A DNA stretch of 64,000 bases from a virus. The translations under genes were made by a program, and so were the position numbers. Below are positions 36,895-46,176 of this stretch, one piece after another. The notes under the pieces are model-generated. The model saw only the letters and a list, made by a program, of their open reading frames with translations. It searched no databases and was not told where the DNA came from. Where the stretch lies: positions 64,001 through 128,000 of the IMG/VR virus record IMGVR_UViG_3300021478_000016; one strand, 5' to 3'. Position 1 is the stretch's first letter; each line of letters opens with the position of its first letter.

Positions 36895-37646
36895 GCGGCA
36901 ACTTCTCCGACTGGAGCCCCTACACCAGCTACGTTCAGGCGGGGCTGGTCGACGGACGCTACGCGACCGGCGCCTACACGATGCTGGCCGCGGGACCTCC
37001 GCGGCTGGCGAACATCGGTGGTGCGGCGGGTCTGGCTCAGGCTGTTGCTGGCACGGGCCAGGCGGCCAACCAGATCGTGCTGCCGATGGGTATCGTGCAG
37101 AACCTCAACGTCAGCCACACGCGCAACTTCAGCCGCATCTTCGAGATCGGCTCGGAGCGCAGCTACTTCATCGCGGGTCGCACAGTGGGTCAGCTCGGGC
37201 TCGGGCGGATCTACTACCACGGCTCGTCGCTGCTGCGCATCCTCTACGCCTACTACCAGGACCTCATCCCTCCGACGATCGTGCCGTCGATGTTCCCCAA
37301 TGCGGGGGCCGCGACGCAATCGAACCCGCACGACGTCATCATCCCGCCGGGCTACGAGAACATCTACATCAACCTGGCGTCGGACCTCTTCGCGCAGCCC
37401 ATCGGCATCCTGATGTACATCCGCGACGTCAACCAGGCGACCCTGGGCGCGATGTACTTCGAGGCCTGCTACATCCCGAACCACGTCTGGGCCACGGACT
37501 CTCAGGGAGTCCTCATCCAGGAGAACGTCGCGGTCCAGTTCGAGCGTGGAGTGCCGGTGCAGGTTAGTGCGCTCACGCTCATCAGCCAGACCAACGCACA
37601 GAACGCCGGCGGCGCGAACGTGACCTTCCCGGGCCTGCCGGGCTGA
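36891..37646 (+). CDS. Tail tube protein
   Basis: MGIVQNLNVSHTRNFSRIFEIGSERSYFIAG...YFEACYI; follows the sheath. Confidence 0.8.
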   Translation: MSGNFSDWSPYTSYVQAGLVDGRYATGAYTMLAAGPPRLANIGGAAGLAQAVAGTGQAANQIVLPMGIVQNLNVSHTRNFSRIFEIGSERSYFIAGRTVGQLGLGRIYYHGSSLLRILYAYYQDLIPPTIVPSMFPNAGAATQSNPHDVIIPPGYENIYINLASDLFAQPIGILMYIRDVNQATLGAMYFEACYIPNHVWATDSQGVLIQENVAVQFERGVPVQVSALTLISQTNAQNAGGANVTFPGLPG

Positions 37647-37657
37647 GGGAGTAGTCG

Positions 37658-38041
37658 ATGAGCACGCCGTACACCTTCACGGGGGCTCTGACATTCCCGC
37701 CTGACCCGGGCGGACCGCAGTCGCCCATCTCCATCAGCTTCGCAGACCAGTTCGACCAGATCATCGCCGAGACCCTGACCCTTGCTGGGTCGGGGTCCAA
37801 GACCTTCGACCTGTCGGCGCTCTCGGGCGGTGGCGGTGCGAAGTGTTTGGTGGTCAAGGTCGACCCGCAGGTCGTCGGGACTCCTGCTGTCTTCGTCAAG
37901 GTGAACTCCGAGACGGTAGGGGAGGAGCTCCAGCCTGGGAGCTTCAAGGTCACGGGGAATCTCAACCCTGCGACTGGGATCACGAGCGTCACCGTCGTTT
38001 GGACGGGGGTAGGCAAGATACGGCTCTGGGCACTCGGGTGA
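37658..38041 (+). CDS. Small beta-rich virion protein
   Basis: SD and operon context. Confidence 0.55.
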   Translation: MSTPYTFTGALTFPPDPGGPQSPISISFADQFDQIIAETLTLAGSGSKTFDLSALSGGGGAKCLVVKVDPQVVGTPAVFVKVNSETVGEELQPGSFKVTGNLNPATGITSVTVVWTGVGKIRLWALG

Positions 38042-38057
38042 GCCTTCTGGAGGTCAC

Positions 38058-38354
38058 GTGCAGGTCGAGATCGGGTACGCCATCATCGCCGGCATCGCAT
38101 CCGGGGCCCTCACGGCGACCGGCTTCGTCTTCCTTCTGGGCCGTCGCTACCAGGCCATCGAAGAGCATCTGAAGGCACTGTTCGAAAAGAACAGGGAGCA
38201 GGACGCCAAGATCGAGAAGCTGGAGACGGACCAAACCACGATGACCAAGGAGAACAACGAGTCATGGCAGGACCTCAATCGAACGCTCGGGCAGATCGAG
38301 GGGTCTATCGGGATGCTGCCTCCCCCGCCACCTCCGAGGAAGACGAGACCGTGA
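38058..38354 (+). CDS. Single-TM plus coiled-coil membrane protein (holin-like)
   Basis: IGYAIIAGIASGALTATGFVFLL followed by a coiled coil; GGAGG SD. Confidence 0.5.
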   Translation: MQVEIGYAIIAGIASGALTATGFVFLLGRRYQAIEEHLKALFEKNREQDAKIEKLETDQTTMTKENNESWQDLNRTLGQIEGSIGMLPPPPPPRKTRP

Positions 38355-38494
38355 AGACCCGCTCCAGGCCCCCGTCCGAGGGTGTAGTCGCCCTCCGTCC
38401 TCTTCGTGAGGAGGCGGTGCAGAAGGCGAACAGCATCCTCAAGAAGATCCAAAGCGTTCCGCGCATGCCAGCGGTCAAGGACCCCACGCGATGA
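38351..38494 (+). CDS. Small basic hypothetical protein
   Basis: GTGA and ATGA overlaps on both sides. Confidence 0.45.
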   Translation: MKTRSRPPSEGVVALRPLREEAVQKANSILKKIQSVPRMPAVKDPTR

Positions 38495-39306
38495 CCGGAC
38501 CGAACGAAGAGCTGATGTGCGAGTACGGCACGGAGGCGGTCGAGAAGACCGCCTCCGGTTCGCCGTTCGCTGCCAAGCTGCTCTTCGCGATGATGGCCAT
38601 GCGCATGGCGCGCGACTTTGCCGAGGACCAGACCTACCAGCGCCTCCAGGCCAAGAGCCTGAACGACCGGTTCCAGCAGCTCCAGAACTCGGACCTGGCT
38701 GTCACCCGTGACGCGCTACAGCACAGCCGGCCCCGGGTCTTCGTCGGGCCCAACCTGCCGATGGGCGGTCCCCAGGACCCGAACGCCCTCCAGGGGGTCC
38801 CTCTGGGCTGGGACGAGGGCATGGTGCGGACGGCGGCCGTGGCTGACGCTGTGGGGGGCGACCTGGCGAAGACGGCCCTGGGCATCCCCCAGGTTCAGGG
38901 GGCGCTCCAGCGAGGCGCACAGGCCGTGCGCGGGGCCTTCCAGTCAGGGGCGACGAAGCGTCTTCTCCAAGCGGCCAAGGTGGAAGGGGTAGCTCCCAGC
39001 GTTCAGGGTGGGAGCCCGTTCCGGGTGGCCCCCAAGATGCCTACCCCCACCCCTCCGCCGGCGGCGGGTCCGGGCCCTGTGAGCTCGACGCTCAAGGGGG
39101 TCGGTCGCGGGTTGGCGACGGCCGGCGCGCTCGGCGTCGGGGCAGTGGGCATGGGGGCCTTCGCGGCGGGTCGGCCGGCGCTCGGCTACCTATCTCGCGA
39201 GCAGGACAACCCGACCTACGGGGCTACCGCTAACGGTGCTCCGCAACTAGCATACGGAGTCAACCAGTGGGGTCAGCCACAACTCGGAGCCCCGTTCATC
39301 CAGTGA
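38491..39306 (+). CDS. Virion protein with K-T-A sites and a C-terminal glycine zipper
   Basis: EKTASG, AKTALG; GLATAGALGVGAVGMGAFAAG. Confidence 0.65.
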   Translation: MTGPNEELMCEYGTEAVEKTASGSPFAAKLLFAMMAMRMARDFAEDQTYQRLQAKSLNDRFQQLQNSDLAVTRDALQHSRPRVFVGPNLPMGGPQDPNALQGVPLGWDEGMVRTAAVADAVGGDLAKTALGIPQVQGALQRGAQAVRGAFQSGATKRLLQAAKVEGVAPSVQGGSPFRVAPKMPTPTPPPAAGPGPVSSTLKGVGRGLATAGALGVGAVGMGAFAAGRPALGYLSREQDNPTYGATANGAPQLAYGVNQWGQPQLGAPFIQ

Positions 39307-39316
39307 GGAGAAGATC

Positions 39317-40000
39317 ATGAGCAAGGGTTCTGGACTCTTCAGCGGGTACGCGGCTCGGCGTCCCCATGTTCTCGCAGGTCACGGTGAGGGTACGGAGATC
39401 ACCAACCTGGCAGCCGACGTCACAGCGTCGTTCGCCGGTCTGAAGGCGATCATCGTGGAGGAGTACTTGGCTCCGCACGCGGCCGTCACCAACGCCTTTC
39501 TCGCTGCGACGGCGTCGGTGAACGGTACGCAGACCATCACCTCGGCATCCGGCCTCGTTCCGGCGCCGGCGGCGCTGACGGCGGCGGGGCGCAACGTCAC
39601 ACTCACCGGTGGTGGGACCACGGGTCAGTGCCCGACGTCGGCGGCGGTCACCGGCTTCGACGCCGGGGGCAACGCGCAGACCGAGACCATCGCTCTGACG
39701 GCGGGTTCCGGGACGGGCGTCAAGGGCTGGAGCAAGGTGACCAAGGTCGTCCTCACGGGCGGCACGGGCACGGCTGGCACGACGGCGATCGGCTACGGGG
39801 TGGTCATCGGCCTGTCCTACGCGCCGAAGCTGCGCGCGGGACAGACGTCGCCCATCTTGCCGCAGAAGGAGATCGTGGACGGTGCAGTCCTCTCGCCGGC
39901 GACGGGTTCGATCGACACGGTCAACCACACGTACACGCCGGCCGCGGCGCCCAACGGGACGCACAACTACTGCATCGACTACGAGGCCGTCGGGAGCTGA
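39317..40000 (+). CDS. Thr/Gly/Ala-rich virion surface or fibre-like protein
   Basis: Composition; last gene of the structural block. Confidence 0.55.
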   Translation: MSKGSGLFSGYAARRPHVLAGHGEGTEITNLAADVTASFAGLKAIIVEEYLAPHAAVTNAFLAATASVNGTQTITSASGLVPAPAALTAAGRNVTLTGGGTTGQCPTSAAVTGFDAGGNAQTETIALTAGSGTGVKGWSKVTKVVLTGGTGTAGTTAIGYGVVIGLSYAPKLRAGQTSPILPQKEIVDGAVLSPATGSIDTVNHTYTPAAAPNGTHNYCIDYEAVGS

Positions 40001-40452
40001 GTCGGCGTCTTCAAGCTGCTGAGCAGCTTGAGGAACTGCGGGTTTCGGAGGGCGAGAGGTCCTCGAGCAGCCCGGATGAGGCCCACGGCTTCGTCCGGGC
40101 TTGCTCGTTTGGAGAGCACGAGGGCGAGCGCCGCGATGAGACCTGAGCGGTTATGCCCCTCGTGGCAGGTGACGGCCGTCGACTCCCCCTCGTTCAGCCA
40201 GCGCGCCACCTGAGCTCCAGCCTCGAGGGCACGGGCGGCTGTCTCGGCCGGCACGGGCTTGTTCGGGTCGTCCTCGAGCGAGACATGATGCACATCCACG
40301 CCAGGGAACTTGTCCGACGTCTGCTCCGCGAAGAGCTCGTGGGCTGCGAGGACAAGATGCTCTACGGGCGACAAGCTCCAGTCCTTGTTGAGGGGTGGGG
40401 CGTTGCCGACATAGAGCCCGGGGATGATGAGGGAAGCGGTCATCGAGTCCAC
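39979..40452 (-). CDS. Dual-specificity (Cys-based) protein phosphatase
   Basis: IIPGLYVG N-terminus; LEDD; VTCHEGHNRSG (CX5R); RNPQF. Confidence 0.88.
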   Translation of the reverse strand: MDSMTASLIIPGLYVGNAPPLNKDWSLSPVEHLVLAAHELFAEQTSDKFPGVDVHHVSLEDDPNKPVPAETAARALEAGAQVARWLNEGESTAVTCHEGHNRSGLIAALALVLSKRASPDEAVGLIRAARGPLALRNPQFLKLLSSLKTPTQLPTAS

Positions 40453-41000
40453 CAGAAGGCGTCCATCACCGGCCCCTCGACAGGCTCCGCCTTCGGGGGA
40501 GACGTGTTCTCGCCGGCGGGTGGCGGACGCGGGGCTAGAAAAGAGGGGACTGACTTCTCGACCCTCTTCGCCGGCGAGAAGAACTCCACCGTCGCGTTGT
40601 CGAGCATGCCTCGCTCAGTCGCCGATAGGGTCTCCCACTTCCGCGCCCCTTCGTGCAGCTCGCCGAGCAGCGAAAGGGCTTGGTCGTCGTAGCGTTCCGC
40701 CTGGGTCCTCGCGTCCTGAAGGATGTGCGTCGGGTCTCGATGCAGGAACAGCTCGAAGAGGCCGGGCGGGTTCTTTTTAGCCTCTGGCTCTGGGGCTGTT
40801 CTTGCGAGCTCGAAGAGGGTTGGGAACTTCGGCGGCTCGAGCTTTCTTAGACCCCAGTACTTCAGCCCGCGTCTTCCCACGTGTTGCACCAGCATCTTGT
40901 CCCCGCTGTTTAGCGGATCGTCCAGTGTTGACGTCTGGAAGTCCAAGTAGTCGTTGGTCCCCGGGGCGTAGGAGGGGTCTTGCGAATCTTGCGAGCTCAT
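40440..41000 (-). CDS. Hypothetical protein
   Basis: 186 aa; GAGG upstream. Confidence 0.55.
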   Translation of the reverse strand: MSSQDSQDPSYAPGTNDYLDFQTSTLDDPLNSGDKMLVQHVGRRGLKYWGLRKLEPPKFPTLFELARTAPEPEAKKNPPGLFELFLHRDPTHILQDARTQAERYDDQALSLLGELHEGARKWETLSATERGMLDNATVEFFSPAKRVEKSVPSFLAPRPPPAGENTSPPKAEPVEGPVMDAFWWTR

Positions 41001-41211
41001 GACGGACAGCCTCTTCGTGGGCTTGGAGGATCTGGTCCTTGTTCTGCAAGAGGAAGTAAGCGATGAACATCGAGAGGAAGACTTCAGGCGTCGGCTTCTT
41101 CGTCAGAGAGCCGCCCCCTTGGGTGTGGTAGCAGAGGACCGCCTGGAACTGCCTGTCGAAGAGCTCCCAGAGAGAGTCATCCATCCAGATCTTGTAGTAG
41201 CGACCAGCCAT
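40777..41211 (-). CDS. Hypothetical protein (C-terminus overlaps the next gene)
   Basis: Start abuts the upstream stop; N-terminal half is protein-like. Confidence 0.5.
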   Translation of the reverse strand: MAGRYYKIWMDDSLWELFDRQFQAVLCYHTQGGGSLTKKPTPEVFLSMFIAYFLLQNKDQILQAHEEAVRHELARFARPLLRPGDQRLLGLPDVNTGRSAKQRGQDAGATRGKTRAEVLGSKKARAAEVPNPLRARKNSPRARG

Positions 41212-41553
41212 TCACGTAGAAGATACCACGCCCTGGATGTTCTTCAGCAGTGCCTCGAGAGCCCTGAGGGATACCTCCGGGTCTTGCCCGGCCCGAAGGT
41301 CACGCACCAGGCCCTCCGCCTTGGCGAAGATGTCCGGTGCGTGACCGACGAGTCTTGCGTTGCAAGCGGTCTCGGAGAACCCCTTGCCCTTTCCCTCACG
41401 GTGAACGATGGTCGCAACGACCTTGCTCTGCTCGTCCACAATGAGGATGGGCCCCGTATCGTCTTCGATGGACAAGTACTTGTACGACCCGACGGAACCG
41501 CCGGTGACGCTAGACTTGATCTGAACGAACCAGGGACCCTTTGTGTGATTCAT
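41212..41553 (-). CDS. Hypothetical phage protein (HTxGPW...NARL family)
   Basis: MNHTKGPW...NARLVGHAP, a pattern common in small phage proteins. Confidence 0.65.
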   Translation of the reverse strand: MNHTKGPWFVQIKSSVTGGSVGSYKYLSIEDDTGPILIVDEQSKVVATIVHREGKGKGFSETACNARLVGHAPDIFAKAEGLVRDLRAGQDPEVSLRALEALLKNIQGVVSST

Positions 41554-42137
41554 GTGAATGCTCGCCTTGCCTTGATCATCTCGATGAGCTCCCCCCATGA
41601 CGTAAGACGATCGAGGTCCTTGGTCTCTTCCCCTCTGTTGCAAGGGTGGTCCCAGAGAAAGGCCGCGCCGTCCGGATTCGCTTCTTGCCATGCGCGCACG
41701 TTCTGATGCTTGTCATCCACGAAGAGGTCTCCTCGCAGGATGTACTTCGTCTCGATGTGCACTATGCGCTTGTGGCTGATGCCGTAGTGCAACTTCAGCC
41801 ACGTCTCCCGCTCGTGAGCCCAGGTAGCTGAGCCCGAGAGCGGGGACGTGACGATGTGCAGCTCGGTCAGATCTTGCAGCAACGCGATGGCTGGCTGTGA
41901 GTTGACCAGTGGCTTGAGGTTCATCGCGAACCCCGGAGCTCGCAGCAACTTGTCGTAGGTCTCCTTCTCGGCCTTGGTCGCGAAGGGGAGGTTGCCGGTG
42001 AAGTCCCAGTCCGTGATGGTGTCGCGATCGAGGCCTTGTCCGGTCACGAGCTTGTAGAGATCCAGTGCTCCTCCAACGAAGTCGGACAAGACCCCATCGC
42101 AATCGCAGAGGAGCCGAATGACTCTCCCCTTCTTCAC
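41550..42137 (-). CDS. 5'(3')-deoxyribonucleotidase (HAD superfamily)
   Basis: LCDCDGVLSDF, IVTSP, WL..HY, DLFVDDK..NV, HPCN, LTSW; GTG start with GGGAG. Confidence 0.88.
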   Translation of the reverse strand: MKKGRVIRLLCDCDGVLSDFVGGALDLYKLVTGQGLDRDTITDWDFTGNLPFATKAEKETYDKLLRAPGFAMNLKPLVNSQPAIALLQDLTELHIVTSPLSGSATWAHERETWLKLHYGISHKRIVHIETKYILRGDLFVDDKHQNVRAWQEANPDGAAFLWDHPCNRGEETKDLDRLTSWGELIEMIKARRAFT

Positions 42138-42814
42138 GGCGTAACTCCCTTCGTCTTGCGACGAGGGAAGGAACGCCAGTCGACCCGATGCCAGGGCAAT
42201 CGGCTCGGGCCGTGGTGATGATGCACCTCCGGCCTGTTGATGTAGCGCCACCGCAGACCACCAAGCTCGGTGTCGTAGATGGCCGAGAAGCCCCACAGCT
42301 TCATGATGCCCGACGTATCCGCCGGCCGCATGCGGCTGAGGGCAACCTGCTGACGTTCCTTCGGCAGGCCGTGGTAGTAGTTTTCGAGGACCTCGCTGAG
42401 CGCCTTGTGGAACGCGAGGCCGATCGCCAAGCGCTCCTGCTCTGTCGGGACTCGCGTTACCTCGAATTCGCCCCTCTCGATCCTCTGTTCGAACTCCGCC
42501 TGTGGGATGACGAAGACCCTCTTCAGGGCCAGCATCTTGCACAGGCTGTCGGAGATGAACTTCGCGAACGTCTGGACGTCGAAGTCTTTCACCCAGCCCA
42601 GCTCCTTGTACGCCTCGAACTGCGCAGAGGCAGAGAGCAGAGCTACGTGACTGTGGAAGAGGATGTCCCCTTTGGGGTCCATCTCCATGAGCTGGAAGAC
42701 GGACGGTTCGACCGGCTGAATTGAGAAGCGGCCCGGCAAGATCTCCTCCCGTAGGACGAAGACCCATGGGGCCTCTTCACGCATCGACCTTCCAACGAGT
42801 TGCAGTGGTTCCAT
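42134..42814 (-). CDS. Hypothetical protein
   Basis: GGGAG before the ATG at 42814; promoter-like GAGATAAG at 42858-42865. Confidence 0.6.
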   Translation of the reverse strand: MEPLQLVGRSMREEAPWVFVLREEILPGRFSIQPVEPSVFQLMEMDPKGDILFHSHVALLSASAQFEAYKELGWVKDFDVQTFAKFISDSLCKMLALKRVFVIPQAEFEQRIERGEFEVTRVPTEQERLAIGLAFHKALSEVLENYYHGLPKERQQVALSRMRPADTSGIMKLWGFSAIYDTELGGLRWRYINRPEVHHHHGPSRLPWHRVDWRSFPRRKTKGVTP

Positions 42815-42879
42815 GTGCACAGATCTCCCTCTCGAGCGACACATGCTCGTCAAGGTTCTTATCTCGTCTTCGAGGAGAT

Positions 42880-43617
42880 CTATGCGAGAGGTGAACCATC
42901 CGGCCCGACCAGCAGCGCCGGCGCCGAGTACGTCAGATTGTCGAGTGAGAGCCAGCCGATAAGTGTTCTCGAACCGACCGTGCGATGTGAGAGCACCGGG
43001 TGGTGGATGCGCGCGCACTGCTTGCCCTCGGTGTTGGTCTGCCCTGCCTCAGCCACCGTGAGGGTGAACGTGCCGTCCGGGTTCGGTGTGACGGCGAGGA
43101 TGACGAAGACGTGCTCGGTCAGCGGGGGGCCGTTCGAGACGTACCCGATGTCACAGGGCTTCGGCAGGATGCCCGGGTGGAAGTCCACGAAGGGATACTT
43201 GCTCCCCTGCCAGAGCATCGAGATGTTCGCGCCGACGGTGTAGTGCAGACCATCTTGCGGCTCGGTGCGGTTCACGATCTTCGGATCGCGAACGCCGAGA
43301 CGCCAGAGCATCCACTGCGGCAGGTAGCCGCAGGTCGTGCCGACGTTGCCGTAGTCCTTGCAGACCTCGGCGTACTTCGCGTCGCCGGCGTCGAAGGGCA
43401 CGTACCCCTGGACCAGCTTCATGGCGAAGTCCCGGACGGTGTCCGGCGTCAGCATGATGGGGTCGGTCGATGTCAGGACTTGCGGCGGCGCCTCGATGAG
43501 AGCTCCCATGGTAGGCAGCTTCGGAGGAGGCGGAATCTCCTCCATCGTGTCGTTCACGGCCACGTTCGAGCTCACGCTCATCTTGCGGGTCGACTTCTTC
43601 TCGTTGTCAGCCATCAC
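42880..43617 (-). CDS. CHAP/NlpC-like Cys-His hydrolase (putative)
   Basis: GTTCGYLPQWML, PKPCDI, EHVFVI and AEAGQ. Confidence 0.55.
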   Translation of the reverse strand: MMADNEKKSTRKMSVSSNVAVNDTMEEIPPPPKLPTMGALIEAPPQVLTSTDPIMLTPDTVRDFAMKLVQGYVPFDAGDAKYAEVCKDYGNVGTTCGYLPQWMLWRLGVRDPKIVNRTEPQDGLHYTVGANISMLWQGSKYPFVDFHPGILPKPCDIGYVSNGPPLTEHVFVILAVTPNPDGTFTLTVAEAGQTNTEGKQCARIHHPVLSHRTVGSRTLIGWLSLDNLTYSAPALLVGPDGSPLA

Positions 43618-44432
43618 AGCACCAGATCTTTCATGAGGGTTCCGACGTAGAAGCCTGTGCTCTGGTCCCAGACGATGTACGTCTCGGAGGCCCAGAAGTA
43701 ACCGAGGAGGCCCCAGCCCTTGCTCCAGGAGTTGCGGACCTTGAACTGGCGGACGCCGTTCAGGCGACGCACGCCGGTGATGACCAGAGCGTGTCCGCCC
43801 ACGCTCGTAGCGGGCGGATTGAAGACGAAGTTCGGGTCGGCGTTCTGAGCCCAGTAGCTCTGGAGATCTTGCCCGACCTCTGTTCCGAAGACGACTGCGC
43901 GGTTCGCCTTCAGCGCGGTCTCGATGTCGTCGCCGCGCTGTGTACCCGTGCTGTCGATGTTGTAGTACGCCTGGAGCAGGTTGTTGCTGGCGTTGAAGAA
44001 CGCCTCCTCCGGCGGAGAGGTCAGGACCTTGGAGGGGTCGTACGGCCAGTAGCTCTCTGGGCAGATGCCAGTCGATGAGAGAGCGACGGCCCCTGAGCGG
44101 GTGTAGCAGCCGGCGTCGAAGAGCTGGTCACCCGTCAGACAACGCGCTGTCCAGTAGAGGAACTGGCGAGCGAGTGCGGGCTCGACCTTCGAGAGCTCGA
44201 AGTAGAGCAAGATGCGCAACTTCGCCTCCCAGGCGTTCGCGACGCACGACTCCTCTTGGAGCTGGTCGTTGATGTCGATCTTGCTGTCGTCGATCTCGTA
44301 GTCCTCGTTCTCGTTTGCCACCGCCATGTCCTTGAGTGGACTGCGGAAGACGATGAACTTCCTGTCGTGGAGGTTCGGTCGGTGCGGCTTGCACCCGAGG
44401 TGGGTGTGGATCACTGCGGCTGCTGAAGGCAT
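43614..44432 (-). CDS. Papain-like (C1) cysteine peptidase
   Basis: DQLQEESCVANA, GICPESYWPY, GGHALVITG and VRNSWSKGWGLLGY. Confidence 0.92.
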   Translation of the reverse strand: MPSAAAVIHTHLGCKPHRPNLHDRKFIVFRSPLKDMAVANENEDYEIDDSKIDINDQLQEESCVANAWEAKLRILLYFELSKVEPALARQFLYWTARCLTGDQLFDAGCYTRSGAVALSSTGICPESYWPYDPSKVLTSPPEEAFFNASNNLLQAYYNIDSTGTQRGDDIETALKANRAVVFGTEVGQDLQSYWAQNADPNFVFNPPATSVGGHALVITGVRRLNGVRQFKVRNSWSKGWGLLGYFWASETYIVWDQSTGFYVGTLMKDLVL

Positions 44433-44710
44433 GGGTTCACCTGATCGCAGGAGGTCACGGTTGAGATGCACTTGGGAGCCTGAGGAACATCGGTCTGTTC
44501 TGCGTCACGACAGCGCTCTGCGTAGGTCTTGCCGAGCGTGTTCGGACCGCCGAGAAGACGGCCCTGGCTGTCGGTACAGCCCAGGGTCAAGAGCTTGGCT
44601 TGTGCGGCATCGCAGAAGGACGAATCGTCCGGCGCCGGCGCTTTCGGATTCTGCTTCGTACATGTCGAGGCTGAGATGCTCAGAGCGAGCAGGCAGACGA
44701 GTTTGAACAT
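44411..44710 (-). CDS. Small secreted or lipoprotein-like Cys-rich protein
   Basis: Signal MFKLVCLLALSISASTC followed by several Cys. Confidence 0.65.
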   Translation of the reverse strand: MFKLVCLLALSISASTCTKQNPKAPAPDDSSFCDAAQAKLLTLGCTDSQGRLLGGPNTLGKTYAERCRDAEQTDVPQAPKCISTVTSCDQVNPCLQQPQ

Positions 44711-44793
44711 GAAGAGCAGTGTACTCCCTTGCCAGTAGCAAGAGGAGTCGAGCCGGAGGTACAAGAAGCCCGTGACCAGTTTCTAGGAGAAGG

Positions 44794-45174
44794 ATGATGG
44801 ACTACCTCATGAGGCTGTACGGAGACGAACTTGACCCGCTCCACTCTGGAGACACCAAGAGCTGGTTCCAGTTCTACAAGTGGCAGGTCGAGGGTGAAGT
44901 CCACGTGGACATCAGCGTGGACGACGTCCTCTACCGAGACATCAAGGAGAAAGATCGACTCTGGTTCGTGATGGACCGAACGCTCATCGGTTACGTCCAG
45001 GTGCTGCGAGTCGTACACGACCCGACGCTAGACAAGCTGGAGATCTGGTACAGCGGGGAGAAGTGCTACAAGTACGAGTACGATCTCGCTGCCCCCCTCA
45101 CGGAGAACTTTGGGACGTTCGTCCCGAGCGAAGTCGCCGAGGAGTGGGTCAAGCGCTGCAAGGAGCCATCATGA
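44794..45174 (+). CDS. Hypothetical protein
   Basis: AGGAG SD; 126 aa. Confidence 0.7.
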   Translation: MMDYLMRLYGDELDPLHSGDTKSWFQFYKWQVEGEVHVDISVDDVLYRDIKEKDRLWFVMDRTLIGYVQVLRVVHDPTLDKLEIWYSGEKCYKYEYDLAAPLTENFGTFVPSEVAEEWVKRCKEPS

Positions 45175-45794
45175 ACACGCTCGTCAAGGATCGACTCACT
45201 CCTGTCACCTCTCAGCAGTTCGCCAGTACCATGAGCGAAGCGTGGCCAGTTCACTTCGTCACGCCGGCATCCAAGAGCTCCGTCCTGGTGCTGACGGCAC
45301 AGTCCGTGCTCGAGACGGGGTGGTGGAAGTACTGCCACAACTACAACCTCGGCAACATGAAGTCCGTCGCCGGCGATGGGTGGGACTACTCGTTCTTCGC
45401 CTGCGACGAGGTCTTGTACACCCCGGTCGCGCTGAAGTTCCAGGCGGCCTCCACACCGGCAGCGCCGTGCAAGATCACATCGCAGAACCCGCACAACAAC
45501 ACGTCCACGATCTGGTTCTACCCGGACCACCCCGGCTGCCGCTTCCGCGCGTTCTGCATGAAGAAGCCGGACGGTTCCATCGATGAGGCGGCCAGCCTGC
45601 GTGCCGGCATGGATGCGCATCTCAACACGCTCTACAAGCGGTTCGGGTTGGCATGGCCTGCGGTCCTGAAGGGAGACCCGCGCGCCTTCGTCCAGGCGCT
45701 CAAGGCTCAGGGCTACTTCACGGCACCCGAGAAGCCGTATGAGGACTCGGTCGCCGAGATCTTCGAAGAGCTCCAGAAGACCGTGACCATCTGA
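45171..45794 (+). CDS. GH73/glucosaminidase-like peptidoglycan hydrolase
   Basis: AQSVLETGW, NYNLGNMK, FRAF and ALKAQGYFTAP..Y. Confidence 0.78.
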   Translation: MNTLVKDRLTPVTSQQFASTMSEAWPVHFVTPASKSSVLVLTAQSVLETGWWKYCHNYNLGNMKSVAGDGWDYSFFACDEVLYTPVALKFQAASTPAAPCKITSQNPHNNTSTIWFYPDHPGCRFRAFCMKKPDGSIDEAASLRAGMDAHLNTLYKRFGLAWPAVLKGDPRAFVQALKAQGYFTAPEKPYEDSVAEIFEELQKTVTI

Positions 45795-45844
45795 AGATGT
45801 GGACAGCAAGATGAAGATGGTCTATCCGAAGATACATCTTCATC

Positions 45845-46171
45845 ATGCCCCACGAAAGAAAGCCGCTGCACGTCTTTCCGTTCCTCGAAGGCAATGATCG
45901 CTTCGGTGGACAAGTCGAAGTGGTCCACCGCACGACATCATACGAGGACGGCAACACTCGGCGGTTCATCGACCTCACGCTGAAGATCGGTGAGAGGTTC
46001 TTGAATCTGCCCATTAGGCAGCTCGACGACGTCATCGCGCAGCTTCTGAAAGCGCGGGATGTCGCCAGTGAAGAGCTCCAGAAGCTCTTGGCAGAGCAGC
46101 CTCGCGAGCAGCGCACCCGGGGCGGCCCCAGAACTCAGAGCCGCCCGCGCAACAGGAACAGAGAGGACTGA
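45845..46171 (+). CDS. Hypothetical protein
   Basis: 108-aa ORF. Confidence 0.55.
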   Translation: MPHERKPLHVFPFLEGNDRFGGQVEVVHRTTSYEDGNTRRFIDLTLKIGERFLNLPIRQLDDVIAQLLKARDVASEELQKLLAEQPREQRTRGGPRTQSRPRNRNRED

Positions 46172-46176
46172 ACATC

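Noticed and set aside
33395-37646. Tailocin, eCIS or T6SS locus
   Set aside because: Capsid and DNA-packaging genes are present.
41550-42767. 405-aa ORF as listed in the ORF track
   Set aside because: The nucleotidase begins at GTG 42137; the upstream part overlaps the real gene 42134-42814 in another frame.
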